Shown piece by piece: positions 9,674-19,227 of a DNA stretch of 64,000 nucleotides. The translations under genes were made by a program, and so were the position numbers. The stretch's first letter is position 1; every line of letters begins with the position of its first letter. The notes below the pieces were generated by a model. That model did no database searches. It was not told the DNA's origin and saw nothing but the letters and a program-made list of their open reading frames with translations. Source of the stretch: an uncultured bacterium (GTDB lineage Bacteria > JAGOEH01); NCBI GenBank assembly GCA_964632485.1, contig CAZWDO010000010.1, positions 62,001 to 126,000 of the forward strand, read 5' to 3'.

Positions 9674-10858
9674 ATGATGAATTCTTCACCGTCAAATCGT
9701 TTCCGCGGTTTGTTTGTGGCTGCCTGTCTGGCCATGCTGAGCTTTGGAATTGTCATGACTACGCTGGGTTCTATTCTGCCATCCCTATTTGCAAAAATAC
9801 CCGAAATTTCGAAAGCGGATGCGGGATCCCTCATTTTATTAATGTCCCTTGGGATTTTGATTGGTTCTCTTTTATTCGGACCGATTGTCGATCGGTTTGG
9901 TTATAAAATGATTTTAGTTGTTGGCGTGTTTCTAATCAGTCTATGCCTGGTGGTGATCGCTTGGAGCGAACAGTTGTTGATATTGCGAATCACGTTGTTT
10001 GTGAATGGATTGGGTGGTGGGATCATTAATGGGAGCGCTAATGCCCTGGTGGTGGATATTGCCGAAGGCAAAAATAAAGGAGCGCGTTTGAGCCTGTTGG
10101 GTATATTTTTTGGACTGGGAGCCGCCGGCATTCCTTTTCTGTTAGGCTCGCTGGAACCCTACCAGATCGCCTATGAGGTGATTTTGACTGCGACCTCCGC
10201 TTTGATGGTTCCCCTACTTATCTATATCCTGATTTTGTCTTTTCCTGCCGCTAAAATGAAACAGGGTTTTCCTTTGCGGGATGGGATTCAATTACTCAAG
10301 CATCCGACCATGTGGATTTTGGGCGCCATTCTTTTTCTGGAGAGCGGACTTGAAATCACTTCCGGTAGTTGGGCCACCACGTTTCTTAAAGAGAATCTGG
10401 CCGTCGCGCACGGTTTGAGCCTCTATCTGCTTTCATTCTACTGGCTGGGCATGATGCTGAGCCGGTTGGCATTAAACTCGATTTTATCGCGATATTCCAA
10501 CCAGCGGGCGCTTTATGGTAGTTTTGCATTGGGTATCGTTGGCGCTTTATGCTTGATCGCGACGACCCATGTTTTTATTGCCGGCATCGGGATTTTCTTA
10601 TTAGGCGCGGGATTCGCCGGAGCATTTCCGATTGTGCTGGGTTTTATCGGCGCAAAATATGCAACGTTATCGGGCACTGCTTTCAGTCTGGCTTTTGTGA
10701 TGGCGCTTTGCGGAGGGATGCTGCTTCCCTGGCTGACGGGTATTATGGGAGGAATTTTTAGCCTGCGGGCTATGTTATCCCTGATTCCGGCGTTGATACT
10801 GATCCAGGCCGGGTTGCTCGCGTTGTTCTCCCGGCTTTCCACTTCCCCCACCGATTGA
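9674..10858 (+). CDS. MFS sugar transporter (GlcP/FucP-like)
   Basis: About 12 hydrophobic segments, motif A GPIVDRFGYK; RBS GGAG before ATG 9674. Confidence 0.88.
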   Translation: MMNSSPSNRFRGLFVAACLAMLSFGIVMTTLGSILPSLFAKIPEISKADAGSLILLMSLGILIGSLLFGPIVDRFGYKMILVVGVFLISLCLVVIAWSEQLLILRITLFVNGLGGGIINGSANALVVDIAEGKNKGARLSLLGIFFGLGAAGIPFLLGSLEPYQIAYEVILTATSALMVPLLIYILILSFPAAKMKQGFPLRDGIQLLKHPTMWILGAILFLESGLEITSGSWATTFLKENLAVAHGLSLYLLSFYWLGMMLSRLALNSILSRYSNQRALYGSFALGIVGALCLIATTHVFIAGIGIFLLGAGFAGAFPIVLGFIGAKYATLSGTAFSLAFVMALCGGMLLPWLTGIMGGIFSLRAMLSLIPALILIQAGLLALFSRLSTSPTD

Positions 10859-10869
10859 GGGGGCTTTTT

Positions 10870-10910
10870 CCCTCCCCCCCCGGTTAGGGGGAGAGGGCAG
10901 TGTGAGGGGG
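10870..10910 (-). repeat. REP-like palindromic element, copy 1
   Basis: Minus strand CCCCCTCACACTGCCCTCTCCCCCTAACCGGGGGGGGAGGG; 10870-10897 matches 11782-11809 in inverted orientation at 27/28. Confidence 0.7.
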
Positions 10911-10967
10911 TTCTTGACAGGGCTTTCCTGTATAAACCTATTGAAATAATAAAGAAAGGATATAATA

Positions 10968-11732
10968 ATGAAACTGGCCAAAGAATGGTTGAAACATGTC
11001 TATGCAACAATGGAAAAAATTGAAGGTACACAGGAATTGGCGATCCGTCAAGCCGCTGAATTAATGGCGGCAACGATTGAGGCTGGGCGGTGGGTACACA
11101 CTTTTGGCTGCGGTCATGCTACATTGCCGATAGAAGAAATGTATCCCCGAATTGGCGGATTCGTGGGATTTCATCCCATGATTGAGTTGCCGCTTTCATT
11201 TTTTACCCATATTGTGGGTGAAATGGGCGTCCACCAGTTTGTGTTCCTTGAACGTGTGGAAGGTTATGGACAACAGATCATGAAAAGCTATAATTTTGAT
11301 CCACGTGATACAATGTGGATTTTTTCTCATTCCGGAATCAATAACGTTAATATTGATATCGCGTTGGAAGCCAAAGCCCGTGGCATGAAGATCATTGTAA
11401 CCGGTTCCGCAGCGGAATTTGCCGGCAAACCCACTCGCCATTCGTCGGGCAAACAGATTTTCGAACTGGCGGATGTGGTGATTGATTCCTGTGTTCCGGC
11501 CCAGGATGCTTCCGTGGATCTGATTCATCATCAGGACAAGATCGGGCCAATTTCCACCATGGCCTCGGTTACTGTTGTCTGGATGACGATTACAACCGTA
11601 GCTGAGATTCTGGCCGAAAAGGGCGTGAAGCTTTTTATTCATCCATCGCATAACGTCCCGGGAGACACTACAGCCCATGACCGTTTGAGCGCCGCTCTTG
11701 CTGAATATAAACGCCGTATTGCCGGAGTGTAA
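10968..11732 (+). CDS. SIS-domain sugar-phosphate isomerase-like protein (UPF0309 type)
   Basis: VHTFGCGHA, EEMYPRIGG, ERVEGYG, IFSHSGIN, ADVVID. Confidence 0.88.
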   Translation: MKLAKEWLKHVYATMEKIEGTQELAIRQAAELMAATIEAGRWVHTFGCGHATLPIEEMYPRIGGFVGFHPMIELPLSFFTHIVGEMGVHQFVFLERVEGYGQQIMKSYNFDPRDTMWIFSHSGINNVNIDIALEAKARGMKIIVTGSAAEFAGKPTRHSSGKQIFELADVVIDSCVPAQDASVDLIHHQDKIGPISTMASVTVVWMTITTVAEILAEKGVKLFIHPSHNVPGDTTAHDRLSAALAEYKRRIAGV

Positions 11733-11781
11733 CGCTATTTAGTGTTGCTTAGGCTGAAGGCGCAAGGATCATCTTTTAATC

Positions 11782-11809
11782 CCCTCTCCCCCTAACCGGG
11801 GGGCGAGGG
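11782..11809 (+). repeat. REP-like palindromic element, copy 2
   Basis: CCCTCTCCCCCTAACCGGGGGGCGAGGG. Confidence 0.7.
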
Positions 11810-11834
11810 TAGAAAAAAATAAGGATAAAAATAA

Positions 11835-11863
11835 TTGACTTTTAATTGAATTTGATGTATAAT
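11835..11863 (+). promoter_or_regulatory. sigma70-type promoter
   Basis: TTGACT, 17 bp, TATAAT. Confidence 0.75.
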
Positions 11864-11993
11864 GATATTGGAACATTCTTAGCGATTGATCGGCTAGTTT
11901 TTTCGATTTATTCGATTTGAACGGGCTATTTTAATAATGGATACGGAATTGGCGGAATCATTAACGCCTAAAGATATAAGAGAGGAAAAAAAG

Positions 11994-13664
11994 ATGCCGA
12001 AACCTTACACGCGCCGTGATTTTATCAAGATTGCCGGATTGAGCGGGATCGCTCTGTCTGTCGGTTGCCGGGTCACTCAACCTTTAAGCTGCATCATCCG
12101 CCAGGGATTGATTTTTGACGGTACTGGCAAGGATGGAGTGGTCGCGGATATTGGAATTCGCGGCGATCAGATCGTAGCGATCGGGAATTTGGCCCAAGCG
12201 AAAGCGGATAAGGTAATCGAAGCCCAGGGGAAAGTCGTTGCCCCGGGATTTATTGATATTCATTCCCATACGGATATAGAACTGCTGGTCAATCCATTAG
12301 CTGAAAGTAAAATCCAACAGGGCATCACGACGGAACTTTGCGGAAATTGCGGTTCCTCTTATTTCCCCATGAATGAGGAAGACAGGGTTAGCGCCTCTGC
12401 CAGCCTTACTGAACAATATGGAATTGCCGTGGATTGGACGACCCTGGCCGGTTTTTTTGAACGGTTGGAGAAGCAAGGCATTGGCATCAACTATGCGACT
12501 CTGACCGGGCATGGCGATCTGCGCGCCAGGGTTGTAGGTAAAATGGATGTTCAGCCCTCTCCTGAACAGTTGTCAGAAATGAAACGGGTCTTGATTGAAA
12601 CGCTGGAACAGGGCAGTTTTGGTCTCTCGACCGGGTTGGAATATGCGCCGGGCAGTTACGCCAAAACCGAGGAACTTGTGGAGCTATGTCGTGAAGTCCA
12701 AAAACGTGGGGGGCTTTATGCTACTCATACGCGCAATGAAGACGCAGAAATCATATCAGCGATTGAGGAAGCCTTGCAAATTGCTCGTGATGCGCAAGTG
12801 CGCACCGAAATATCGCATTTGAAAGCATGCTATGAACCCAGTTGGGGATTGCTGGAACCGGCTCTTGAGTTAATCAATCGCGCGCGTGATAATGGTTTGT
12901 CGGTACAGGCAGATCGGTACCCTTATACGGCGTTCAGCACTGGATTGAGCGCTTATTTGCCATTGTGGGCTCGTCAGGGTTCCACAACAGAGATTTTACA
13001 ACGATTGCAGGACAAATTGGAGCGCGCGAAAATCCAGGAACACGCCGAATCGCGGGGGAAACTGATCGGTGGGTGGAAAAATGTCGTTATTTCATCAATC
13101 GTTTCGGAAAAAAATCGGTATTGGATGGGACGTTCCATTGAGGAAGCCGCGCTGGAAGCCGGAAAGGATCCTTTTGATTTTATCGCCTGGCTGCTCACAG
13201 AGGAAGAGTGTCGCGTGGGTATTGTCGGCTTTGCCATGACGGAAGAGAACCTGGCCAAGGTTTTGACTCAACCATGGGTCTCTATTGGTTCCGATGGTTC
13301 GGCAGTCGCTCCGTCCGGCCCGTTGAGTAAAAACAAGCCGCATCCACGCGCTTACGGAACTTTTCCCCGGGTATTAGGACTTTATTGCCGCGAAAAGAGG
13401 TTGTTCCCTTTAGCCGAGGTGATTCACAAAATGACATGGCTTCCGGCTGAATTTATCGGGCTGAAACAACGGGGGAAAATCGCCGAGGGTTTTTTCGCTG
13501 ATTTGGTCATTTTTTCGTCCGAAACTATTATCGATCAAGCGACCTATGTGGACCCCCATCAATTTCCAGTAGGGATTGACCAGGTCTTCGTCAATGGTCA
13601 GATAGTCGTTCAGCAGCAGGAACATACACGGGCAACACCCGGCAAAGTACTGCGTTCCGTCTAA
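11994..13664 (+). CDS. N-acyl-D-amino-acid deacylase family amidohydrolase with Tat (probably lipoprotein) signal
   Basis: Start moved to ATG 11994 (RBS GAGGA); TRRDFIK Tat motif then SVGC; PGFIDIHSHTD, GNCG, STGLEYAPG, DRYPY, GSDG, PHPRAYGTFPRVLG. Confidence 0.9.
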   Translation: MPKPYTRRDFIKIAGLSGIALSVGCRVTQPLSCIIRQGLIFDGTGKDGVVADIGIRGDQIVAIGNLAQAKADKVIEAQGKVVAPGFIDIHSHTDIELLVNPLAESKIQQGITTELCGNCGSSYFPMNEEDRVSASASLTEQYGIAVDWTTLAGFFERLEKQGIGINYATLTGHGDLRARVVGKMDVQPSPEQLSEMKRVLIETLEQGSFGLSTGLEYAPGSYAKTEELVELCREVQKRGGLYATHTRNEDAEIISAIEEALQIARDAQVRTEISHLKACYEPSWGLLEPALELINRARDNGLSVQADRYPYTAFSTGLSAYLPLWARQGSTTEILQRLQDKLERAKIQEHAESRGKLIGGWKNVVISSIVSEKNRYWMGRSIEEAALEAGKDPFDFIAWLLTEEECRVGIVGFAMTEENLAKVLTQPWVSIGSDGSAVAPSGPLSKNKPHPRAYGTFPRVLGLYCREKRLFPLAEVIHKMTWLPAEFIGLKQRGKIAEGFFADLVIFSSETIIDQATYVDPHQFPVGIDQVFVNGQIVVQQQEHTRATPGKVLRSV

Positions 13665-13868
13665 AATGTTTGGATTGTGAATAGCAGGCCACATTTACCG
13701 GCGACTCCGAGAATCAATAAATTCCACGCCGAACTTGATTTAGCCAGAGACAGTTTATCCTTGAATCGGGCATGGAACCCGTCCGGTGGATCGGGTCCGT
13801 TATAACGGAGATGGAATCATTATGTTAGGTTTTTGCTATAATATATAATAATATTAAAATGGAGTTTC

Positions 13869-15551
13869 ATGTTGGAACTGGATTTGAATACCAACACAGC
13901 ATCTACTATTCTGATTATTGATGACTCAATTCTCAATATCCAGGTAGCGGCTGGATTTCTTGAAGCTGAGAATTATCGAATACTCTCCGCTTTGAATGGC
14001 GCTCAGGGAGTGGCGATCGCTCTGGCTAAACTACCTTCGTTAATTTTATTGGATGTGATGATGCCGGCTATGGATGGATTTATGGTTTGTGAAAAACTAA
14101 AAGAGAATCCTCTGACATGCGATATTCCGGTAATTTTTCTTTCCGCTGCCCATGAAACGGATTTCATTACGCGGGGATTCCGTTGTGGCGCTGTCGATTA
14201 TATTACAAAGCCCTTTAAAAAAGAAGAGCTGATCATGCGCGTGCGGACCCATTTGGATTTATACCTAAGCCGGGCGCAGATCAGCGCGCAGAAGAAAATT
14301 TTGAATCTGGCCATCGATGCCGGCAAGATCGGTATCTGGCGGTGGGTTCTGGCTGATGAAGAACTAATCTTGCCACAAGAAATGGCTGAAAATTTAGGGT
14401 TAGTCTTTAATCCCGATAGTCAACAACTTTTTCAAAATATCCACGCGATTGATGATAAGGAAAATCAGGCTATCAAGAAAGCCTATCAAAAAATGATGGA
14501 TTCTAATGAGAGCTTCTTCCAATTTGAGTTTCAGCAATCTCAGTCTGATCCGATGAAGAAGATTTGGTTTCTGGTTCGGGGGGAAATTAGCAAATTTGAC
14601 GATAAGGGAAAACCTCTCGAAATTTTAGGGACTTTGATTGATATCAGTATATTCAAAGAACAGGAAGAAAAACTGCGACTCCTTTCCCACGCTATTCAAG
14701 AATCGGCTAATAGTGTGATCATTACTGATCCTGATGGGCAAATCGTCTTTATAAATCACCATTTTTTACTTCGCTCGGGCTACTCCTTGTTGGAAACTCT
14801 CGGCCAAACCCCCCGGCTTGTTAAATCAGGCCAGCATTCGGCTGAATTCTATCATGACTTGTGGGATACAATTTTAGCCGGCAATGTGTGGCGGGGTGAA
14901 TTTATGAATAAAGCAAAAAATGGTGAAATTTATTGGGAATCCTCTACAATCACTCCATTGAGGGATGAAACAGGTAAAATCCAATATTTCATTGCAATCC
15001 AAGAAGACATTACCGAAAAAGTCAAATTGCGCGACCAACTGGTTTATCATTCCACCATCGATGAATTCTCCGGCGCCTACAATCGGCGAACGGGATTGGA
15101 AATGCTTAAGCAGCAATTAAGTTTGGCTAAACGAAAACAATATGATCTGCATATTGTCTTCATCGATTTGAATGATCTGAAATATGTCAATGACACCTTT
15201 GGTCATGCAATGGGAGATCAGTATATCAAAGCGGTCACCGATATAATTCATCAAAATCTCCGTCAGAGCGATCTTTTTATCCGCCTGGGAGGCGATGAGT
15301 TTCTGCTGGTTTTGCCGGAATGCGATCATTCTCACGCTCTCGGTGTGATGGAACGGATTCAGCAGCGACTCACTCAACAGACCGAAACGAGTGAATTGCC
15401 TTTTCCGGTCAGTTTTAGTTATGGGCTGGTGAAATATGATTATGCCATTGATGAATCACTTGCCGGTTTTATCGCGCGGGCAGATAAGATGATGTATGTG
15501 CAAAAACAGGAATACAAGAAACAGAAGCGGTTATTGCGTTCAGACGGGTAG
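13869..15551 (+). CDS. response-regulator diguanylate cyclase (REC-PAS-PAS-GGDEF)
   Basis: ILIIDD...LLDVMMP...KPF receiver; PAS with SGQH...WRGEFMN; RQSD I-site and RLGGDEF. Confidence 0.93.
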   Translation: MLELDLNTNTASTILIIDDSILNIQVAAGFLEAENYRILSALNGAQGVAIALAKLPSLILLDVMMPAMDGFMVCEKLKENPLTCDIPVIFLSAAHETDFITRGFRCGAVDYITKPFKKEELIMRVRTHLDLYLSRAQISAQKKILNLAIDAGKIGIWRWVLADEELILPQEMAENLGLVFNPDSQQLFQNIHAIDDKENQAIKKAYQKMMDSNESFFQFEFQQSQSDPMKKIWFLVRGEISKFDDKGKPLEILGTLIDISIFKEQEEKLRLLSHAIQESANSVIITDPDGQIVFINHHFLLRSGYSLLETLGQTPRLVKSGQHSAEFYHDLWDTILAGNVWRGEFMNKAKNGEIYWESSTITPLRDETGKIQYFIAIQEDITEKVKLRDQLVYHSTIDEFSGAYNRRTGLEMLKQQLSLAKRKQYDLHIVFIDLNDLKYVNDTFGHAMGDQYIKAVTDIIHQNLRQSDLFIRLGGDEFLLVLPECDHSHALGVMERIQQRLTQQTETSELPFPVSFSYGLVKYDYAIDESLAGFIARADKMMYVQKQEYKKQKRLLRSDG

Positions 15552-15618
15552 CCTCTGAATCAGCCGACGGAACTGGCTGGCGTGGGGGAGGCGTGTCTCC
15601 GACTGAAGGAATCCGCGC

Positions 15619-16560
15619 TTACCCGCTTAACGAGCAACCATAGAACAGATTATCCTTGAATGGCCGGATAGATTGGCTATGGATCATGGTCAATGTATAT
15701 TGTATCAGCCGATACGATTTATCCGGCAGCATTTTCAATAATGGCGAGAATTTGGCGGGAATGGCCAGGGTCATTAACTGATTTCCGTCTTCTCGCGCGA
15801 TTTCCGCGCATTGGCATATTAATTCGCGGATTACAAACAGATTGTCAGTATCCGCCAGAAATGCTTTCCCATTGAGTGTCAGCTTATCCTCGTTATATGG
15901 GGAGCGTGTTTGCCAAAGGATCATTGCCCGGAGTTTGTTTTGAGGATGGCGCAGATACCAGATTTCACCCGCTTTAAATTCATTGAAATACTCATTGTCA
16001 TGATATAAATCGATTCCGAAACATTTTTTAATCTGCTCCGGTGCAATATCCGGTTGATTGACGGGAGGTTGTCCCAAAATACGTGTCAGACTCCATTTTT
16101 TTTGGGTAGGCGATCCCAAATAGCGAAGGTTAATCACGATTTTAAGCGCCATATCGTGAAAAAGGAAGTTGTTTTTTAAGTAAAATGACACGTTTTCTTT
16201 CTCAGGACGCGATTCAAGCAATATCGCTGATCGGGGGAGATATCGTCCTATCTGTTCGATTTGCTGCTGTAGCAGAAAACTTCCCATCCCGGTTCCCCGA
16301 TATTGAGGTAGAACGCCGATGGGACCTAACCAGATCATGCTATCCCAGAGATGGGCAATCGAAAATGCAGCCAGTAATCCCTTATGGTTGATCCCCAATG
16401 AAAATGGGTAGCTTTTTTTTAAGTACAGTTTCCATATAAACGGGTCCCGGCTGGGCGGTTGGCTTTTACTGTAATAAATCGAAAATGCTTTTTCAAAAAC
16501 TGAGTTGAGTTCATGAGAATGAGTTTGATAGTCCAATTGGATAGTTTTATGGGGCATCAA
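15619..16560 (-). CDS. GNAT-family acetyltransferase
   Basis: LGPIGVLPQYRGTGMGSFLL acetyl-CoA motif, FYLKNNF. Confidence 0.75.
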   Translation of the reverse strand: MMPHKTIQLDYQTHSHELNSVFEKAFSIYYSKSQPPSRDPFIWKLYLKKSYPFSLGINHKGLLAAFSIAHLWDSMIWLGPIGVLPQYRGTGMGSFLLQQQIEQIGRYLPRSAILLESRPEKENVSFYLKNNFLFHDMALKIVINLRYLGSPTQKKWSLTRILGQPPVNQPDIAPEQIKKCFGIDLYHDNEYFNEFKAGEIWYLRHPQNKLRAMILWQTRSPYNEDKLTLNGKAFLADTDNLFVIRELICQCAEIAREDGNQLMTLAIPAKFSPLLKMLPDKSYRLIQYTLTMIHSQSIRPFKDNLFYGCSLSG

Positions 16561-17680
16561 TCCGCCAGGACATGGAGCTGAGTTTATAGGTCAAGCCCGG
16601 CATCTGGCGAATAACACCCTTCAATTCCAGGCTTAACAACAATTCATATAATTGGCCCAAATCAATGTCGGGAAGTATTTGATTCAACTGATGGATTGAG
16701 AGATCCTCTTTTTCAAGGAGTTCGACCAGTTGCGCTTCTTCCGCCGTAATTGTCATCAATTCGAGGGTTTGTTCGATGGTAGCGCTGGAAAAATAATCGG
16801 GAAATGCGTTGAAAATATCTTCAATGGAGGTTAATGGTGAGGCGCCCTCTTTGATAAGCTGGTTGGTTCCCTCATTTTTAGTTTGAAAAATCGGGCCGGG
16901 AACAGCGAATACTTCCCGGTTTTGGTTCAACGCGCAGTTTCCGGTGATCATGGCGCCGCTTTTCAGCCCGGCCTGAATGACGATGGTAGCGATGGATAAT
17001 CCGCTGATAATGCGGTTTCGGCGGGGGAAATTAGTGGGATTTATTTTTGATCCCGGCAAAAATTCGGAAAGTACCAATCCGTTTTTGATAATTTGTTCCA
17101 TTAGTTTTTTATGTTCAGCGGGATAAACTACATCCACCCCTGTTCCTGTTACCGCAATCGTTTTGCCCTGATGGGCCAGGGTTACCTGATGGGCGATCGC
17201 ATCGATCCCGTCAGCCAGTCCACTCACAACAACCGCCGCTGAATGTTCAATCAATTCCCGGGCCAGACGTTGGGTAACATCCCGGCCATAGGTATCGGGA
17301 TTACGCGTCCCCACAATGGCGATAAGCGGGGGCTGACTCGCCAGGTTGATATTTCCGCGATAAAATAAAAGAGGTGGTGGGTCATATATCCGCCTCAATA
17401 ACTCCGGATACTGATCATCAAGCAGTGAAACCAATCGTATCTGGTATTTCTCAATGAGTTTAAGTTGGTTTTCGAAATCATGGAGAAATGGTTGTGTTTT
17501 AATTTGATGGATAATCTTTTCGGGAAGCTTGATCGGTTTTGGAATTAGAGTGGCGGGCCGCTCGAAAAGCTCAAGCCAGGCATCGCTGCTTTCCATGATT
17601 TGGCGGATACGGATCGGGCCTAACCCTTGAATGTTTAATAGTTTTAACAATACGAGCTGCTGCTGAGAGATCGTCATCAA
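16547..17680 (-). CDS. dprA: DNA-protecting protein DprA
   Basis: YPELLRRIYDPPPLLFYRG, AIVGTR, VSGLADGIDAIAH, NFPRRNRIISGLS, REVFAVPG. Confidence 0.96.
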   Translation of the reverse strand: MMTISQQQLVLLKLLNIQGLGPIRIRQIMESSDAWLELFERPATLIPKPIKLPEKIIHQIKTQPFLHDFENQLKLIEKYQIRLVSLLDDQYPELLRRIYDPPPLLFYRGNINLASQPPLIAIVGTRNPDTYGRDVTQRLARELIEHSAAVVVSGLADGIDAIAHQVTLAHQGKTIAVTGTGVDVVYPAEHKKLMEQIIKNGLVLSEFLPGSKINPTNFPRRNRIISGLSIATIVIQAGLKSGAMITGNCALNQNREVFAVPGPIFQTKNEGTNQLIKEGASPLTSIEDIFNAFPDYFSSATIEQTLELMTITAEEAQLVELLEKEDLSIHQLNQILPDIDLGQLYELLLSLELKGVIRQMPGLTYKLSSMSWRIDAP

Positions 17681-19227
17681 TCGTATTCCTCGATATTATA
17701 TTGTTCCAGTTTGCGATAGAGGGTTCGCAACCCAATTTTAAGGGACTGGGCGGTTTTTCTTTTATTCCCTCGATAATAGGCCAGTGTTTTAAGGATAATT
17801 TCCCGTTCGATTTCTTCCAATGGAGTTCCGATTGGAAGCGAAAGCTGGTTTATAACAAGACTGGAGGGCGAGTTTACGCTGGAAGGTCGCTCTGAGGTAT
17901 ATTGAGAGGTTTCTGTTCTCTCGATGATGAGTTGTTTTAAATCCTGAATTTCAAGATGCAGGGCTTTAATTGCCTGAAAAATCATCTCGCGTTCAACCTG
18001 GTCGTTGGGCTTATGAATAAAAACGGGCAGGTTGGGGGATGCGGCCTGAGATGGAAACGGATTGCCTAAAAGGGCCAGAGGAGCGCTTTTCTGATGAAGG
18101 TAACTTTCGATATCGCGTTCATTAATCTGTTTTTTCGGTTGCATGATTACAATACTTTCCACGATGTTTCTCAATTCGCGGATATTTCCCGGCCAATGGT
18201 ACTCTGTCATGCTGGCGTAGGCTTCATTCGTGAATCCGACAAAATCCAGATGGTTATCGCCGCAGAATTTTTTTGCGAACATATTGATTAATAACGGAAT
18301 ATCTTTTTTTCGTTCCCGCAGGGCCGGCATTTGGATGGAAAACACTTTTAATCGATAATAAAGGTCTCGGCGGAATGTTCCGTTCATGAGCGATTCTTCC
18401 AGATTGGCATTGGTGGCAGTTATGATCCGGACATCGACTTTGATGGTTTCGCCGCCGCCGACGCGCATGAACTCACGTTCTTCCAGTACGCGTAGAAATT
18501 TGATTTGAGTATTGATGGACATTTCTCCGACTTCGTCCAGAAACAATGAACCCTTGTCTGCCAGTTCAAATTTCCCTTTAGTGCGCCCGACGGCGCCCGT
18601 GAAAGCCCCTTTCTCATAACCGAAAAGTTCGCTTTCAAGCAGGGTTTCGGTAAGCGCGCCGCAATTGATCGCAATGAACGGTTTGAATCGGCGTGGACTA
18701 TGCAGATGAATGGCGCGGGCCAGGACTTCTTTGCCGGTACCGCTTTCTCCGTTGATGAATACCGTTGCCTGGGTTGGGGCTACCTGCATGACTGTATCGA
18801 TGACATTGCGCATAATCTCCGATCGGCCGATCATGCCGGCGGTTTCCGTCAATTCAATCCGGGTCTGGACCTCTTTCAGTCGGTAGAAGAAATCGTCGTC
18901 CTGTATGGGAGCCGTAACGATTTCATCAATGTAAAATGAGGTCAATGGCATGACGGAGCTAAGCTGCTCTTTTTCTATTACCGCGATGATACCGATCGTC
19001 GGATTGTCCCGGACCATCAGTTTCACCGCTTGCATACAGGTTTCCGGTTGATGGCGCCAATCGATAATAAAAACCCCGTATTCCTGGGTGCGTATATATC
19101 CCAAGGCCTCTTCGTAGGTCGCTACCGGTTGATAGTTGAAGGGATGCTGTGTCTTGATCCGGGTGATGGCATAGCGTAAGGATGCATCGCGGGTCAAGAT
19201 CAGAATACGGTTGAATTTGTCTTTCAT
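17677..19227 (-). CDS. sigma54-dependent enhancer-binding protein (atypical REC, AAA+, Fis HTH)
   Basis: GESGTGKE, ESELFG, GAFTGA, LFLDEVGE, WPGNIREL, GNKRKTAQSLKIGLRTLYRKL. Confidence 0.94.
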   Translation of the reverse strand: MKDKFNRILILTRDASLRYAITRIKTQHPFNYQPVATYEEALGYIRTQEYGVFIIDWRHQPETCMQAVKLMVRDNPTIGIIAVIEKEQLSSVMPLTSFYIDEIVTAPIQDDDFFYRLKEVQTRIELTETAGMIGRSEIMRNVIDTVMQVAPTQATVFINGESGTGKEVLARAIHLHSPRRFKPFIAINCGALTETLLESELFGYEKGAFTGAVGRTKGKFELADKGSLFLDEVGEMSINTQIKFLRVLEEREFMRVGGGETIKVDVRIITATNANLEESLMNGTFRRDLYYRLKVFSIQMPALRERKKDIPLLINMFAKKFCGDNHLDFVGFTNEAYASMTEYHWPGNIRELRNIVESIVIMQPKKQINERDIESYLHQKSAPLALLGNPFPSQAASPNLPVFIHKPNDQVEREMIFQAIKALHLEIQDLKQLIIERTETSQYTSERPSSVNSPSSLVINQLSLPIGTPLEEIEREIILKTLAYYRGNKRKTAQSLKIGLRTLYRKLEQYNIEEYD

